This document shows, in pieces, positions 50,679 through 64,000 of a DNA stretch of 64,000 bases. Both the position numbers and the translations under genes were made by a program. Location: positions 40,424,001 through 40,488,000 of the forward strand of contig OX597828.1 in NCBI GenBank assembly GCA_951406725.2. The letters run 5' to 3'. Position 1 is the first letter of the stretch. Each line of letters begins with the position of its first letter. The DNA is from Octopus vulgaris (lineage: Eukaryota). The notes below the pieces were generated by a model, which had not been told where the DNA came from, searched no databases, and was given only the letters and a program-made list of their open reading frames with translations.

Positions 50679-53534
50679 CGCGCATGGTTGCAGTTACTGC
50701 AAAGAAACAAACATAACAAATGTTAAGTTATTTATTCTTTTCAATCATCATCAAATTTTAATTTTTACTTTTGTGTTTTTTTTAAATTCTGAGAGAATGA
50801 CATTTCCACACAGCTAAGCTTCATTTTCCATGTTCGATAAGGAAAATAAATGCATTTTTTCAAACAGTTTGTTCTTTGTAGATTGTCTGGGAAGTCTTAG
50901 AGAGGCACATGGACACTGCCCCTCCTCTTGTGATAAATTAATTTACAAAAGAAAATGTGTATGTCCTAAATTTATGTACCTGTGTTTCGGCAAGATTCAT
51001 ATTCATAAGCTATTATTTCACACCTTAAATGCTAGACCATGATCTCAAACACAGATACATAAAATATGATGACCAATTCAGATGAATGCAAGAAAAAGTT
51101 TTTCAAAAAAATACAAAAAATAAAAAAGAGCAGATGTCAACTGCCTGAAAAAGGATGACCTCAACAGCTCCAAAAGGTTATTGTATTAGTATTAACATAA
51201 TAGAGACTTCACATGTATGCACAGGTTGGAGGTGTCTGCAAATTATGACCTGGAAGTTTCAATACATTATTTTCACTGCTCTTTGCTTCTCTTAGTATGA
51301 ACTACCTTAACTTCAGAAATGGGTGTGATAATTACTAACTGTGAAGACCAATGATTAAATGAGTCGCAACAAGATTTGAAATCATGATGATGATGATGAT
51401 GATGATGATAATAGAAGACACTTGCACCTACATGCAGTGCATTGGGACTGAAGCCAAAACTACACGGCTGTGGAGCAACTTCGTAAACATAGTCATGCTT
51501 GCACCCACATGCAGACATGTATATACAAATATCATCATCATCATCATTTAATGACTGTGACAGACATTGGAGCTTAGTGTATTCCTCTGACTTGCCAGCT
51601 CCTGTTAAACCGTCAAACCCATGCCAGCATGGAAGATGGACATTAAATGATGATGATAATGATGATGATGATGACAATGATCCATACTGACATGGCAGCA
51701 TTAAGTAACCTGAGGACTGCATTGGTCCCCAGTTGTCTGCTTTGGCATGGCTCCTATGGCTGGATTCCCTTCCTAACATCAACCCCTATAAAGAGTGTAC
51801 TGGGTACATTTTTCATGGCACCAGCGCTAATGGATTTACCAATTAACGTGCAAGACAAGACCCCTTCATAGGGTGGGGTTGCAATATTGAGGAAGGTGGT
51901 AATCAGGTTCCCTAATCACTTGTCTTAAATAGAAATAAGAAAATCTTTCAAGATCATCTGCAGATTTGAAGAGGAAGGGCTGCAAATTTGTCGAAAAGAT
52001 AGACTATATAATCATCTGTATGAAGTCTAGCTCAAGAGAGGTGAAAGCACACAGCCTAGTGGTTAGAGTGAAATCATTTATGACAGTAAGGCATTGGTTC
52101 AATTTCTGGACCTGGCTGCACAATCTGTCCTTGGGCAAGGCATTTCACACCATGTTGCTCCAGTTCATTCAAATGAAAGACACATACTAATATAGTGCTG
52201 GTGAAGTCCTCTCCCCTTTCCACTGGTCACACCTTGAATGTTTCACAGGATCAAGGGCAGAAAAGTTTGAAAGAATACCCGTGTCTACTTGCCACCACAT
52301 AGATACCTAAAACAATTAGCAAAAGTATAAGACATGCTATCAAATACACTGTGTTTGAGAAAAGGTAGATGGTCAAGTCTAGAATGTCTTTGATCACAAG
52401 TTTGTTAAATCAGAACTGACCTAGGAGATAAACAACAAAAAACATTTTCCAGTAAATCATGAATTCCGAATATATCTTCTACTTACATAAGGACTGAATC
52501 ACAATTTAACAATGAAGAAACAAAGAAGAAAAGCGAGGTGGGGATTAAGGAGCAGAAGATGCAGTGGGCAAGAGTACACCTCAAAACAAATGTTGTGTTC
52601 AGCCGTGTCCTGGAGTAGCGGTGAAGTATGGTCAGTGACACCCTCTGCAGCAACCACTCCACATCGAGGGCTTCATTTGTCAGATGTGCAGCAACTGTCT
52701 CGATTTTGTGGAAGAAATTAGCAGTGTAGGGTCTGAGAACACCTGAGGTCTTGACAGCAACTGGCACAAACTGATAGTGACCAGCACTTGTTTGTAAATG
52801 AGTGCAGTGGGTATTTTTTTTTCCTTTTATTTCATATATGATAGGTACCTACCTTATTAACCACCACCCAACCATCCACTTCCAGACCTTACAAAATGAA
52901 AATACAACTCCAGCTGGATTTCAGTTGATAGCAAATGAATGAAGCTAAATACTGCAAGGCATTTTTCTTTATTGATCTCCTGTTTCTGCTAACTACAACA
53001 TTCATACAACCAGTAACACCCACACATCATAACAGCAGCAGCAACAGCAATAACAATCGTGATAAAACCAGCTGTTTTCAAAATAAAGAAAAAGAGAAAC
53101 ACACACACAAAAAGAAAAAAATATATAGTGTATGTTTATATTGACGTTTCATTCTGTAAAGTGGATTTATAAAAATTTTATTTTCTGGTAACACTTTTTC
53201 GTAAAAGTAGAAAATAAATTAACGTTGTAGAGGCTTTCACAGCATGCATGGAAATATGTTCTACGAGTTCAGCATTCCGACCATTTTCTACAATCAATAA
53301 TACATGGTTTCTTATGTTGCTAATACAATATCAGATTCTCTGCTAACATATCAAGTTCTTGCTTAACCAAAAGCTAACCAAAATCTAAATATATTGTTAT
53401 AGATTTATTTCTGGTGTAACAAACTGATAAATTAATTTTTCTCTTACAGTAACAGAATCATCACTGTCGTAATCATTGAATAATATATATGATGATGGTA
53501 TAGATGAGAACAGTCATGTAAAGGAAGTATAACC

Positions 53535-54740
53535 ATGGAGATGACAATGATGTCAATGAGGAGAATGATTACGAAGACATCAATGAGGAGAATGATGACG
53601 ATGTCAATGAGAAGAATGATGACAATGATGTCAATGAGGAGAATGATGACAATGATGTTAATGAGGAGAATGATGACGAAGACATCAATGAGGGGAATGA
53701 TGACAATGATGACAATGATGTCAATGAGGAGAACGAGGACGATGTCAATGAGGAGAATGATGACAGTGATGTCAATGAGGAGAATGATGACGGTGATGTC
53801 AATGAGGAGAATGATGAAGAAGACATCAATGAGGAGAATGATGATGATGTCAATGAGGAGAATGATGAGGATGTCAATGAGAATGATGACGATAATGTCA
53901 ATGAAGAGAATGATGACAACAATGTCAATGAGGAGATTGATGCCAATGAGGAGAATGACGACGATGATATTAACGCAGAGAACAACGATGATGATATTAA
54001 TGTGGAGAATGATGATGATGATGATATTAATGATGAGAATGATGACGATGATATTAACAAGAATGATGATGATATTAACGACGAGAATGACGATGATTAT
54101 ATTAACAAGGAAAATGATATTAACAAGGGGAATAACAACGAGGTTAATGTGTAGAACAACGACGATGATATCAACAGACAGAATGATGATAATATTAACA
54201 AGGAAAACAATGATAATATCAATGAGGAGAAAACAATGATGATATCAATCAGGTGAGTGATGGCAATAACATTAAGAGGAGAACAATGATGATATTAACA
54301 AGGAGAATGATGATGATATTAATGAGAAGAACAACAATGATATTAATGAGGAGATCAATGATGATGATATTAACCTATTTGTTACTATATTTGCATTGAA
54401 ATACATTGCCTTTGTTTCAAATAATTTTGAAAATAATGAATTTACTGCAATAATTCTATCGTTATTAAGCTGGCATTTGGAACATAAATTAACATGAAAT
54501 TTTGATTGGGCATTTTAATTTAGCTCACTTTAAAACAGGGAATTTGTATCAGAACCGAGGGTGGTTGGTCTCAGTTGGGTTGGTATCAAACCGGTTAATG
54601 AAGAGAATGATGACGGTAATTTTAATGAGGAGAGCGATATCAACAATATTAATGAAGAGAATAATGCCAACAATATTAACAAGGAGACTGAGGATAATGA
54701 TGAGCCATGCATTAATATACACAAGGAAAGAAATATTCAA
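53535..54740. repeat. Minisatellite (GATGTCAATGAGGAGAATGATGAC-like, 24-27 bp units), interrupted by a MITE at about 54371-54598
   Basis: Tandem units directly visible, grading from GTCAATGAGGAG to ATTAAC-type variants. Confidence 0.9.
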
Positions 54741-55543
54741 ACAATATTTGGTTAAAAAAAAAAGAATATAGGCGCAGGAGTGGCTGTGTGGTAAGTAGTT
54801 TGCTTACCAACCACATGGTTCCGGGTTCAGTCCCACTGCGTGGCACCTTGGGCAAGTGTCTTCTACTATAGCCTCAGGCTGACCAAAGCCTTCTGAGTGG
54901 ATTTGGTAGATGGAAACTGAAAGAAGCCTGTTGTATATATGTAAATATATATGTATATGTGTGAATATGTGTTTGTCTCCCCAACATCGCTTGACAACCG
55001 ATACTGGTGTGTTTACGTCCCCGTAACTTAGCGGTTCGGCAAAAGAGACCAATAGAATAAGTACTAGGCTTACAAAGAATAAGTCCTGGGGTCGATTCGC
55101 TCGACTAAAGGCAGTGCTCCAGCATGGCCACAGTCAAATGACTGAAACAAGTCAAAGAGTATATATTAGCTGTTTTATTAGAAGAAGAATAATAGCAGTG
55201 AATGATACCATCCATGGTGACAATTTAGAGAAAGAAGTAAGCTGGTCAGTGTCAACAGACACAAACACACATACACCATTTGAATCCCAATTTTTAAACC
55301 AGGCAAATCATTTCACTGCTTTAAAAGAGTTAGTGTTAGGAAGGGTATCTGGCTATAAAACACTGCTTCAAAATGGCCATTTCACCAAAAACCAGTATAG
55401 AAAAGCAGGGAATTTATATATATATATATAAATTTAAAATTGAGGATAAAATCTTTATAAGAAATTATCAGTAGTTAGCGTGAAAAACCTCGTAAGAGAA
55501 AAATTCCGTAAATTTTTCCACTTTGAAAATATTTATTTATATT

Positions 55544-55683
55544 ATATAGAGGGTACTACTATTCATAGATACCGCACGCTAGGAGGGACCCTTGCGGTCA
55601 AAACTACTAAAATATTTTAGTAGTTTTGACCGCAAGGGTCCCTCCTAGCGTGCGGTATCTATGAATAGTAGTACCCTCTATAT
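55544..55683. repeat. Perfect 140-bp palindrome (70-bp arms, no spacer)
   Basis: Checked base by base; centre between 55613 and 55614 (CTAAAAT|ATTTTAG). Confidence 0.97.
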
Positions 55684-56528
55684 TCCATGCAAAATACAGC
55701 AGGATGTAGACAGAAGATGATATTTGAATGTTTACACAACATGTCTACACTATATACTACATCAACTTGTATGTCAGAAAATACAGTAATTTTTATATTA
55801 TTTTATGTTAAATTCACTTCAGTTCTGTAGTAAAACAATGCTTTAACTTACAGTTAAGTCAAAGTTTATTCGTTTCAAAACGGATATTTGTTAAGTTGCT
55901 TTAGGCATTCAAGATTTTAGTTTAGATTTTGAGGTACATGGCTGTACGGTTAAGAGGTTTGCTCCTCAACCACATGGTTTTGGGTTCAATCCCATTCTGT
56001 GGCATTTTGGGCATGTGTCTTCAACTATAGCTCTGAGTTGATCAAAGCCCTGTCAGTGGATTTGATAGACAGAAATTGAGCTAGAATGTGAGTCAGTATA
56101 TTTTTAAACAACACCAACGCAAGTAACCCAATAGACTTTAATAGATTAGTGTTAAAAAGTAGCTCAAAGATTCCCAGTAGCTATTTTATATTGATCACTT
56201 TCAATCAATCAATATAGGAAATATAAGTAGATGGTTCCATACAATGAAGCGTCAAAGTCAAAGAGCTCTGATCCTTATTACCTCATAAAGCAACCTATTG
56301 CACCCATCTCTCTTCCTCATATTGTCCTTCACCCACAACCCAAGCCCCTACTGAACAAAAACTGCACCCAACTATTCCTAACCAGCACTGCAACCCTCGA
56401 GAATACCATCTCAACCCACTTTCTCATTAGACATCAACCTGCAAGGATTGGAGTCAAACATAACCAACATTAACTACAGTATTTTATCTGTTTTTTATTA
56501 TTAGTACAGTCTAAACACATCCCACACT

Positions 56529-56956
56529 CAGGGCCAGATTAAGACCCATTGAAGCCCTAAGCACTTAAAAGATTTAGGTGCTCCCATAAAAGATTATGTA
56601 ATTCAAAATATAAACAATAACAAACCATAAAATATATTTTTATTTTTCAAAATGAAACAAAACAGTAAAAGAGGGAAAATAAGGTTTATTTTTGTATCTT
56701 TCCACTTTATTTATATAAGGAAAGTTTCCTCCTACTTTTTTGAATTGCAAAGTCTTTGATCAGATCCTCAAAATTAATCTTAGATAACACATCTGCACCT
56801 ATACTTAGTAGAGATAAAGCCATCCTGAATATTATTTTAGCAAATTTAAAGTGATTTCTTTTGTGCCGTAAGCCATTTACCATTTCTGTGGTGCCCCCTC
56901 CTTCGCTTGATGCCCTAAGCACATGCTTATTTTACTTAATGGTTAACCCAGTGCTG
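56529..56956 (-). mobile_element. Non-autonomous hAT element with transposase C-terminal (dimerisation) remnant
   Basis: RMALSLLSIGADVLSKINFEDLIKDFAIQKSRRK. Imperfect TIRs CAGGGCCAGATTAA and TTAACCCAGTGCTG. 8-bp TSD CCCACACT and CCTACACT. Confidence 0.8.
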
Positions 56957-59900
56957 CCTACACTAATCAACATTGCCTTTTCACTCATTAATTAACCCAT
57001 TGTCTATCAATCTCTATTACAAGTATATTTTGTTTAAACCCCTTTTACTGCAAAAAAGCACATATATTCACTCAAAAATTTCATTACCTCCAGCAGCAGA
57101 AATCAGTTTTATATTCGAATCTTTCGTTTTGTTGAGGAATGTTAGGTTTGAAACTACTTTCTGTAGAGACATGTCAAGTTTACTGAGTCATTGTGACTTT
57201 CAGAAAACACCGCTTCAATCTTCTGGTAGATATTTAACATCCATCACTGAATAACCATGAAATTAAATTTTACAATTAAAGGATTAAACCTTACACTAAA
57301 GACTATTACCTTTTGAGTCAATCTTTTAGCCTATTGTTAATCTCTCCCTATTACAACTATATTCCTATTAAGCCCTACACTAACCTTATACTGCCTGTTG
57401 AGTCATACACTACCCTATTGTTAATCTATCCTTATTACAACAATATTCCTTTTAAACCCTGTTTAATGTTGCCTGTTGAGTCATACATTAGCCTAGTCTA
57501 GATTCCAGGCTTGCTAAACTGTCTTCTTAAGGTTTGTATTTAGATAAATATATTTCTTGTAGCCTCATATCTTTTCTGTCATTATTAGTCACAACAGACA
57601 GAAGCTGTTGGCTTTCATTGAGTTGTATTTAAGGCAGTAGGTCTGCATACACACACACACACACACACACACCAATAGATGGAAAGAAAGAGGAGAGTAG
57701 TGGAGAAATAATGGAAAGTGAGAGAGGAAGAGGGTATGGATGCCTACTTATACACTCACACACAAATAGACATATTTATACAAATACATATATATATATA
57801 TACACACACACACACATACATGCACAATCACATGCACACACATAGAAACAGAGATGGGTTGTGGAGAAATGTGTGTGTGTGTGAGAGAGAGAGAGAGAAA
57901 AAGAAGGAATGGTGCTTCTGTACTACTAAAAAAAAAATGACTGCATAAAAACATGTGGATCTTAAATGCTTTTGTAATTATTGCTTCAATTGTAGGATAA
58001 GTCTGAATAAAAGAAAGCTTATTACATTGATGTATCATAATGGTCCTAGTGAATAGATGTAGATGTGTGTGTGTCTGTGTGTGTGTGTGTCATCAGTAAG
58101 GATTTTTTTGGAAATTGCTATGGATGTTTAAGGAATCTAAGCAAAAAAAATAGGTCACTGGAAAAAAATCAAAAACAAAATTTGCCTAAATTAAAAAAAG
58201 AAAAAGAATAAACAAATAAATGATTGCTGTCAATGTTACCACCCCCACAAACAATAATCTAACAACAAGGTAGATCCAATCGGAGGGTGCTCAATCTGCT
58301 AGAAATAGCAGCCAAATAATTTAAATCACATCTTATTATGTTAAAGAAGAAGAAAAAAAGAGAGAACTACATGAATAAAGAGGAGATGGTCATGGATGGA
58401 AAATCTTTGATAATATGCTTGCCTACACAATTAGAACTGATCTGGGGATAAACAACAACACTCCACAAACCAGGGAATGAGCCTTTACGTGATCTCTCAA
58501 CGTGCTAGAAATATCAGTCAAATCTCCCTCAAATCACATCCTACAGTCTTTAAAAAAGAAAGGACACACTGTATACTACTTGATGCACTGCTTCTGGAAA
58601 ACGATGGAAAGGCCATGGCTGGAATATCTTTAACCATAAGTTTGTTGGATCAGGGCTGACTTGATGCCGAACAACAATATCAGTCCTTGATATATGGTAA
58701 AGGCAGGATGGTCACAGCTGGAATGCCCTTGGTCAAAGATCTGCTTAATCATAGCAATACTATAACTAGTTTTCTTTAAGTCATTCAAGAGAAGATGCAG
58801 GTATGGCTGTGTGGTTAAGACATTCACTTGGCAACCACATGGTTTCGGGTTTAGTCCCACAGCACAGCACCTTAGGCAAGTACCTTCTATAGCCCCAAAC
58901 CAACTAATGCTTTCTGAATGAATTTGGTAGACAGAAACTGTATGGAAGTATTATATCAAATTAAAGTAAATAGTCAAATAAAAAGAAGAAACAAACAAAA
59001 GTTTTCTTTTAAAAAATATAAAATAAATTTTATTTTTTTAAACCATCCAACCCTGATTTCCTATTTTCAGCTCTGAAATTAATCTTCTGGGAAAAGAGTC
59101 TAAAATGCCAGTTGGCTATAAAGAAAACTTTTAAGAGTGGAATATCCTGTAACTATCTCGAATTTTTGGAATTTCTTTCTTTCTTTCTTTTTTTTCTTTT
59201 TGGTTCCTTTAAAGACTGTTTTAGTTTCACTAAAATAACATTATTTCTTGGTTTTCCATGATATCAGAGTGAGGAGACACAAGAGAAAAATATTTTTTAA
59301 AAAAAAGATATAAAGTTAATGATTACATTATCTGATGTAACATGATTTCAAAATGTTGAAATTAAAAAAAAAAAAGAATCACAAGTCCTGTGTATCAGAT
59401 GATTACAGATGTGACAGTATCATCATCATCATCATTAAAATTGTAACCTTTATCATCATAATCATCATCATCACCATTGTTATCACTGTTCTCCCAAACT
59501 GTCACAATGAGATATTTTCACACTTCATCGTTACTACACCATGTCTTCCCATTTCATTTGTGATGTGTAACTTTATTAACCTTTTCATAAACATTTTTCT
59601 GTTCAAGTAACACTACCTCTGTTTCAATTAATTTTTAAAATGAAATCAAATTTAGCAAAATAACTTTGTCCTTTATTTTTGTATTTGCTTTGCAAGATTC
59701 CTTGAGAAGGTTGCGAACAGAGATGAAAGGATTTTGACATACAAACAACTAATTGATTGCTTAACCAACACATTAAACAAATGATCGATTAGTTAGTCAA
59801 TTGGTTAAATATCTAACCACTAACAATAAAGAAGTGATATTGAACCAGTGCATGTGCTTATCATTATTGGTGTAATGACCCACCCAAGACACAACAAAAC

Positions 59901-61055
59901 CTTGTTCTCATAAATGTAATGTTTGGAAGACAAATTAACATGAAATTTTGCTGGAAGATTTAATTTAGATTACTTTAAAATAGGAAGCTTGTATCACAGA
60001 ACAAAAAGCAGTCTTAGGCGGCTTGACATCAAAAGGGTTAAAGGTCTTATCTAACAACATCAGTATACACCCTTCTTGTGCAGCTCCTTCCCTAATCCAC
60101 TTCCACCCTCATCTCACCCCCACCCCCAGTTACCCTGCACTAATTATTTTCCTCCTTCTACACATGTAATATATACTTACTACATTTTCTTACGGTGCTT
60201 AAAATTCCTAAATACTTTGCTCACTTCCGTGCAGTCAGTTAGCCTGTCTGTCTTTTAAGTTTACACATCACATTCTAAAGATCATACTCACTTCTTCCCC
60301 TCCCCCATGCTTCAAATACCATACAGCGTCACGATACAGGGCTGTCTTTGTCACCAAGTCAGAAACTAGGCCCCTTAAACATCTATAAACTAAACATACT
60401 ACATACACTTTTAATAAAACTAAACGAAAATATTTAGATCCCTTTGAGAAAACAAACACGGATTTATTTCTATAATGCATGAAAATCAAACATGTACACA
60501 ACAACAAAGTCTTGTACTAATTTAAAGCAAGGAATCTTTCAACAGTTTAAGAGTAAAACACTAATTGCTTCTATTTAATACAATGATATCCAGACAATTC
60601 CTAAATGTAATTTGGAAAATGGGGTGTGTTATATTAGTGCCAACATAAAGGGTGTTTCATTAGCTATTAACAGAGAAAATACCAAACAGCAGCTGCTATG
60701 TATGTCAGAGATTCTTTAATTTCTTCACTGCAGCAAGAATGAATCTGAAAATAGGTAAACACATTTGGTTTAGCTTTTACCTTTTTACACTCATTCCAGT
60801 CCTTAGACTGTGGCCATGCAGGGGCACTCTCTCTCTTTTACTTGTTTCAGTCATTTGATTGTGGCCATGCTGGAGCACAGCCTTCAGTCGAGCAAATCGA
60901 CCCCAGGACTTATTCTTTGTAAGCCTAGTACTTATTCTATTGGTCTCTTTTGCCAAACCGCTAAGTTACATGGACGTAAACACACCAGCATCAGTTGTTA
61001 AGTGATGTTGGGGGATAAACAAAGACACACAAACATATACACACACACATACATA

Positions 61056-61127
<72 letters not shown>

Positions 61128-61196
61128 CGACAGGCTTCTTTCAGTTTCTGTCTACCAAATCCACTCACAAGGCTTTGGTCAGCCTGAGGCTATAGT

Positions 61197-61827
61197 TTCT
61201 TCATTTAAGTTGGTGAATACTGCCATAATCTTTGCCTTCAGTTCATCAAGGAGTTTTGTTGGTCTCTCACTCAACTGCGCCCCAAGGGGGTTGTAGTTTG
61301 GGGAGTTAGGTGGCTAGATGTTAGGGGTGATATGGTCACAGAAATTGTCTGACAGCCATAACTGAGTTCTCCTGCTTTTGTGGCATGATGCAGTCCTGTT
61401 ACCAGACATAGGGTATTCCAGCAGTAACCCTCTTCATCCAGGACAGCTCTACCTCCTCTAGGCCCTTGATGTAGGCCTCTGTGTGGAGTCTGAGGCCATG
61501 TGGGAAGATAAATGGAGGCATAACACTACCATCACTAGTGATCACTCCAAACACCATGATGTTGGTTGGATGTTTGATTTTTATCACTCTCGGTACATGT
61601 CCTCAGATCGCACTGACCTCAGATTGACACCTAAACACTCTGAAGCTTCTGACACAAATGCCAAGCAGCACAGCATGTTGTTTCCAAATTTCTGGCAGAG
61701 TAAATTGCATCAGAGGCAGTACCCAACTGACCCTACTATACTGTGTAGTCGATAAAATCAAAAACAAAGAATGCACAAGTGTGAAATTAAAAATATAAAG
61801 GGGCGACAATTTACCCATCGCACCCTG
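61197..61827 (-). mobile_element. Internally deleted Tc1/mariner-superfamily (maT-like) transposon
   Basis: KHPTNIMVFGVITSDGSVMPPFIFPHGLRLHTEAYIKGLEEV...PYVW*QD followed by a decayed WPPNSP-like segment. The terminus TA|CAGGGTGCGATGGG is at 61827. Confidence 0.8.
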
Positions 61828-64000
61828 TATATGTAGAGGGTCATAACTGTATAGAAAATTTCAAGAAAAACATCTAAAAAATGTTTAAAATTCAGGGTTG
61901 GGATAAAAAAGAAAATTGTGATTAAATGGGTGGAATGGTAGTGAACGGCAGAGGTACCAGAGTCAATAGGTTCATAGTAACAGAGAATGTTGTACTTGTG
62001 ATAGAAAAGACAAGGAGAACATACTATGGTGGGGTGCCAGTTGTTGGAGCGTAATGATGAGTGAAGATTTGCCAATCAGATGAAGAGTATTTCTTTCTCT
62101 CAAAACATTCCATAGCATGCATGCATGCATGTGTGTGTGTGTGTGTGTGTGCATGTATACCATTTCTAATATATCAGCAATATGGCAATGGGCATATTGG
62201 TGCATATTTCATGAGATATAATTTATTTCATTGCTATCTATCTATCTATATATATATATATAAACTATGTATTACACTGATATCAAATGTAACATGTGGT
62301 TCACATTTCCAAGTTATCTCTAAAAATATATCAGTAATTATGGAACAAATTAAGTTATTATTTATTTGGTTTTATTTTCAACTGTTTCAGAATAAGATCT
62401 GAACAGATTTTAAAATGTTATCATCATTCTGGCATCCGCTCTACTCTCCTGGCATGGATTAGCAAATATTTAACTACACAAACATCATTTGTAAAAGACT
62501 ATCTTAAGCCTATCCACAACACATCTAAAAAAGAAAAGAAAGAAATAATCAGGCTTTTAATCCCCTTGTTACCATATTTCTGTTGAAATACACTGCCTCA
62601 GTTTCAATTAATTTTTGATGGAAGGTCTTAATGTGGATCACTTTTAAACAGATTTGTATCATTGAACCAGGGGTGGTCTTAGATAGATTGGTATCGAAAT
62701 GTATTGCCAGCATAATCATCATCATCATCTTTCAACATTCATCTTCCATGCTTGTATGGATTCAACAGTTAAATAGAATCCAAAGGGCCCAAGAACTGCA
62801 CCATGTTCCAATGGCTAATTTTTTTTTGGATGCTTGCAAATGCAGGGCTGAGCATGGGTAACAGAGACCTTCAGTGTAATAACAGCCACATCTCTCCACA
62901 CCGGTTGATTGTTGATCTACACCGGCTAGGGTGAATGTGTGCACAATGCACTTACCAATCTGATGTAAGCTGAACACAGAATGCAAACATGCTTGAGAGA
63001 CAATCAGTTTCAAATTGGCGGAAACATTCGTAGAGACTTTTCTAATGCAACAACAGGATCATGGGAAGGAAGACAATACAAACATTCTAAACAGGCGAAA
63101 ATATTGACTGAAGATGACCCCAAATCTAGAGGTGCCCCAAAACTGGGAATAATGTTGAGAGGACTGTATCAATAGTGGAAGGAACTATTTCAAAAGAGAC
63201 AAGTCTGATTTAATTAACAAAACAATAACTTTTTTCTATTACAAAAAAAGGTGAGGGAGGTCCAGTTTCTTTTTAAGCACAGTGGCATAGGGGTGGCTGT
63301 GTGGTAAGTAGCTTGCTTATGAACCACATGGTTCCGGGTTCAGTCCCACTGCATTGCACCTTGGGTAAGTGTCTTCTACTATAGCCTCGGGCTGACCAAA
63401 GCCTTGTGAGTGGATTTGGTAGACGGAAACTGAAAGAAACCCGTCGTATATATGTATATGTGTGTGTGTGTGTGTATATGTTTGTGTGTCTGTGTTTGTT
63501 CCCCCAACATCGCTTGACAACCGATACTGGTGTGTTTATGTCCCCGTAACTTAGCGGTTCGGCAAAAGAGACTGATAGAATAAGTACCAGGCTTACAAAG
63601 AATAAGTCCTGGGGTCGATTTGCTCGACTAAAGGCAGTGCTCCAGCATGGCTACAGTCAAATGACTGACACAAGTAAAAGAGTAAAAGAGATGTTATATT
63701 TCATTACACACACACACACACACACACACCTCTCTTCAATTAATCTTTTGTTCATGGTTCGAGTTTAGCTACTGGACTGCTGCAAAGTTCAAACCTCACT
63801 AGATAGTGTTATTTCTCAACCCACCTTTGAGTAAGGAACATAACTAAGTACCTCTCACTGCCTGGTTGACAAATAAATGACACCCTTTTTTTCCTTCCTA
63901 GCCTGTCAAGTGATTATGCCAGATGGGCAACTAGCAGTAAAAACAATTGTGCAAACAATATGGAAATTTTTTCAAAATTTTCAAAAAGCAAAAGAAACAT

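Noticed and set aside
52483-52767. 94-aa ORF as an N-terminal extension of MICAL
   Set aside because: Starts at a non-ATG codon and would join coding exon 1 out of frame; exon 1 has an in-frame TAA upstream of the ATG.
53535-54239. Reflectin identity for the Met/Arg-rich ORF
   Set aside because: Lacks the reflectin MD-x5-MD repeat and the Tyr/Trp/Pro content. Kept only as an unassigned candidate.

Overview
AT-rich, microsatellite- and SINE-dense animal genomic DNA. The repeat families suggest a cephalopod such as Octopus (inference). The window is dominated by one minus-strand gene, a MICAL-family F-actin monooxygenase. I reconstructed 19 coding exons by hand (ATG at 50678, last exon 50-94; 2891 coding nt, about 963 codons). 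All introns are GT-AG with matching phases, and the exons encode the FAD monooxygenase, CH and LIM domains plus the TPERxExENY motif. The gene continues past the left edge. The introns hold many retroelement and DNA-transposon relics: a Penelope-like RT/GIY-YIG element, an R4/Dong RLE LINE in an (AAT)n tract, a Tx1/L1-like 3' end, CR1-like, maT/Tc1-mariner, hAT and Helitron elements, TTAA MITEs and several SINE families. The most notable observations are a set of five minimal type-I hammerhead ribozyme motifs in the introns (one apparently intact and in the sense orientation of the MICAL pre-mRNA at 24837-24929), perfect 140-bp and 50-bp palindromes, exon-proximal inverted repeats that are candidate ADAR substrates, an RFX X-box plus NF-Y module upstream of the LIM exon, a splice-site-bounded antisense Met/Arg-rich repeat ORF, an overlapping uORF at the MICAL start, and a 1.36-kb tandem duplication. 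Almost all other ORFs in the supplied track are microsatellite or SINE artefacts. Repeat-family names rest on motif recognition, not on database searches.
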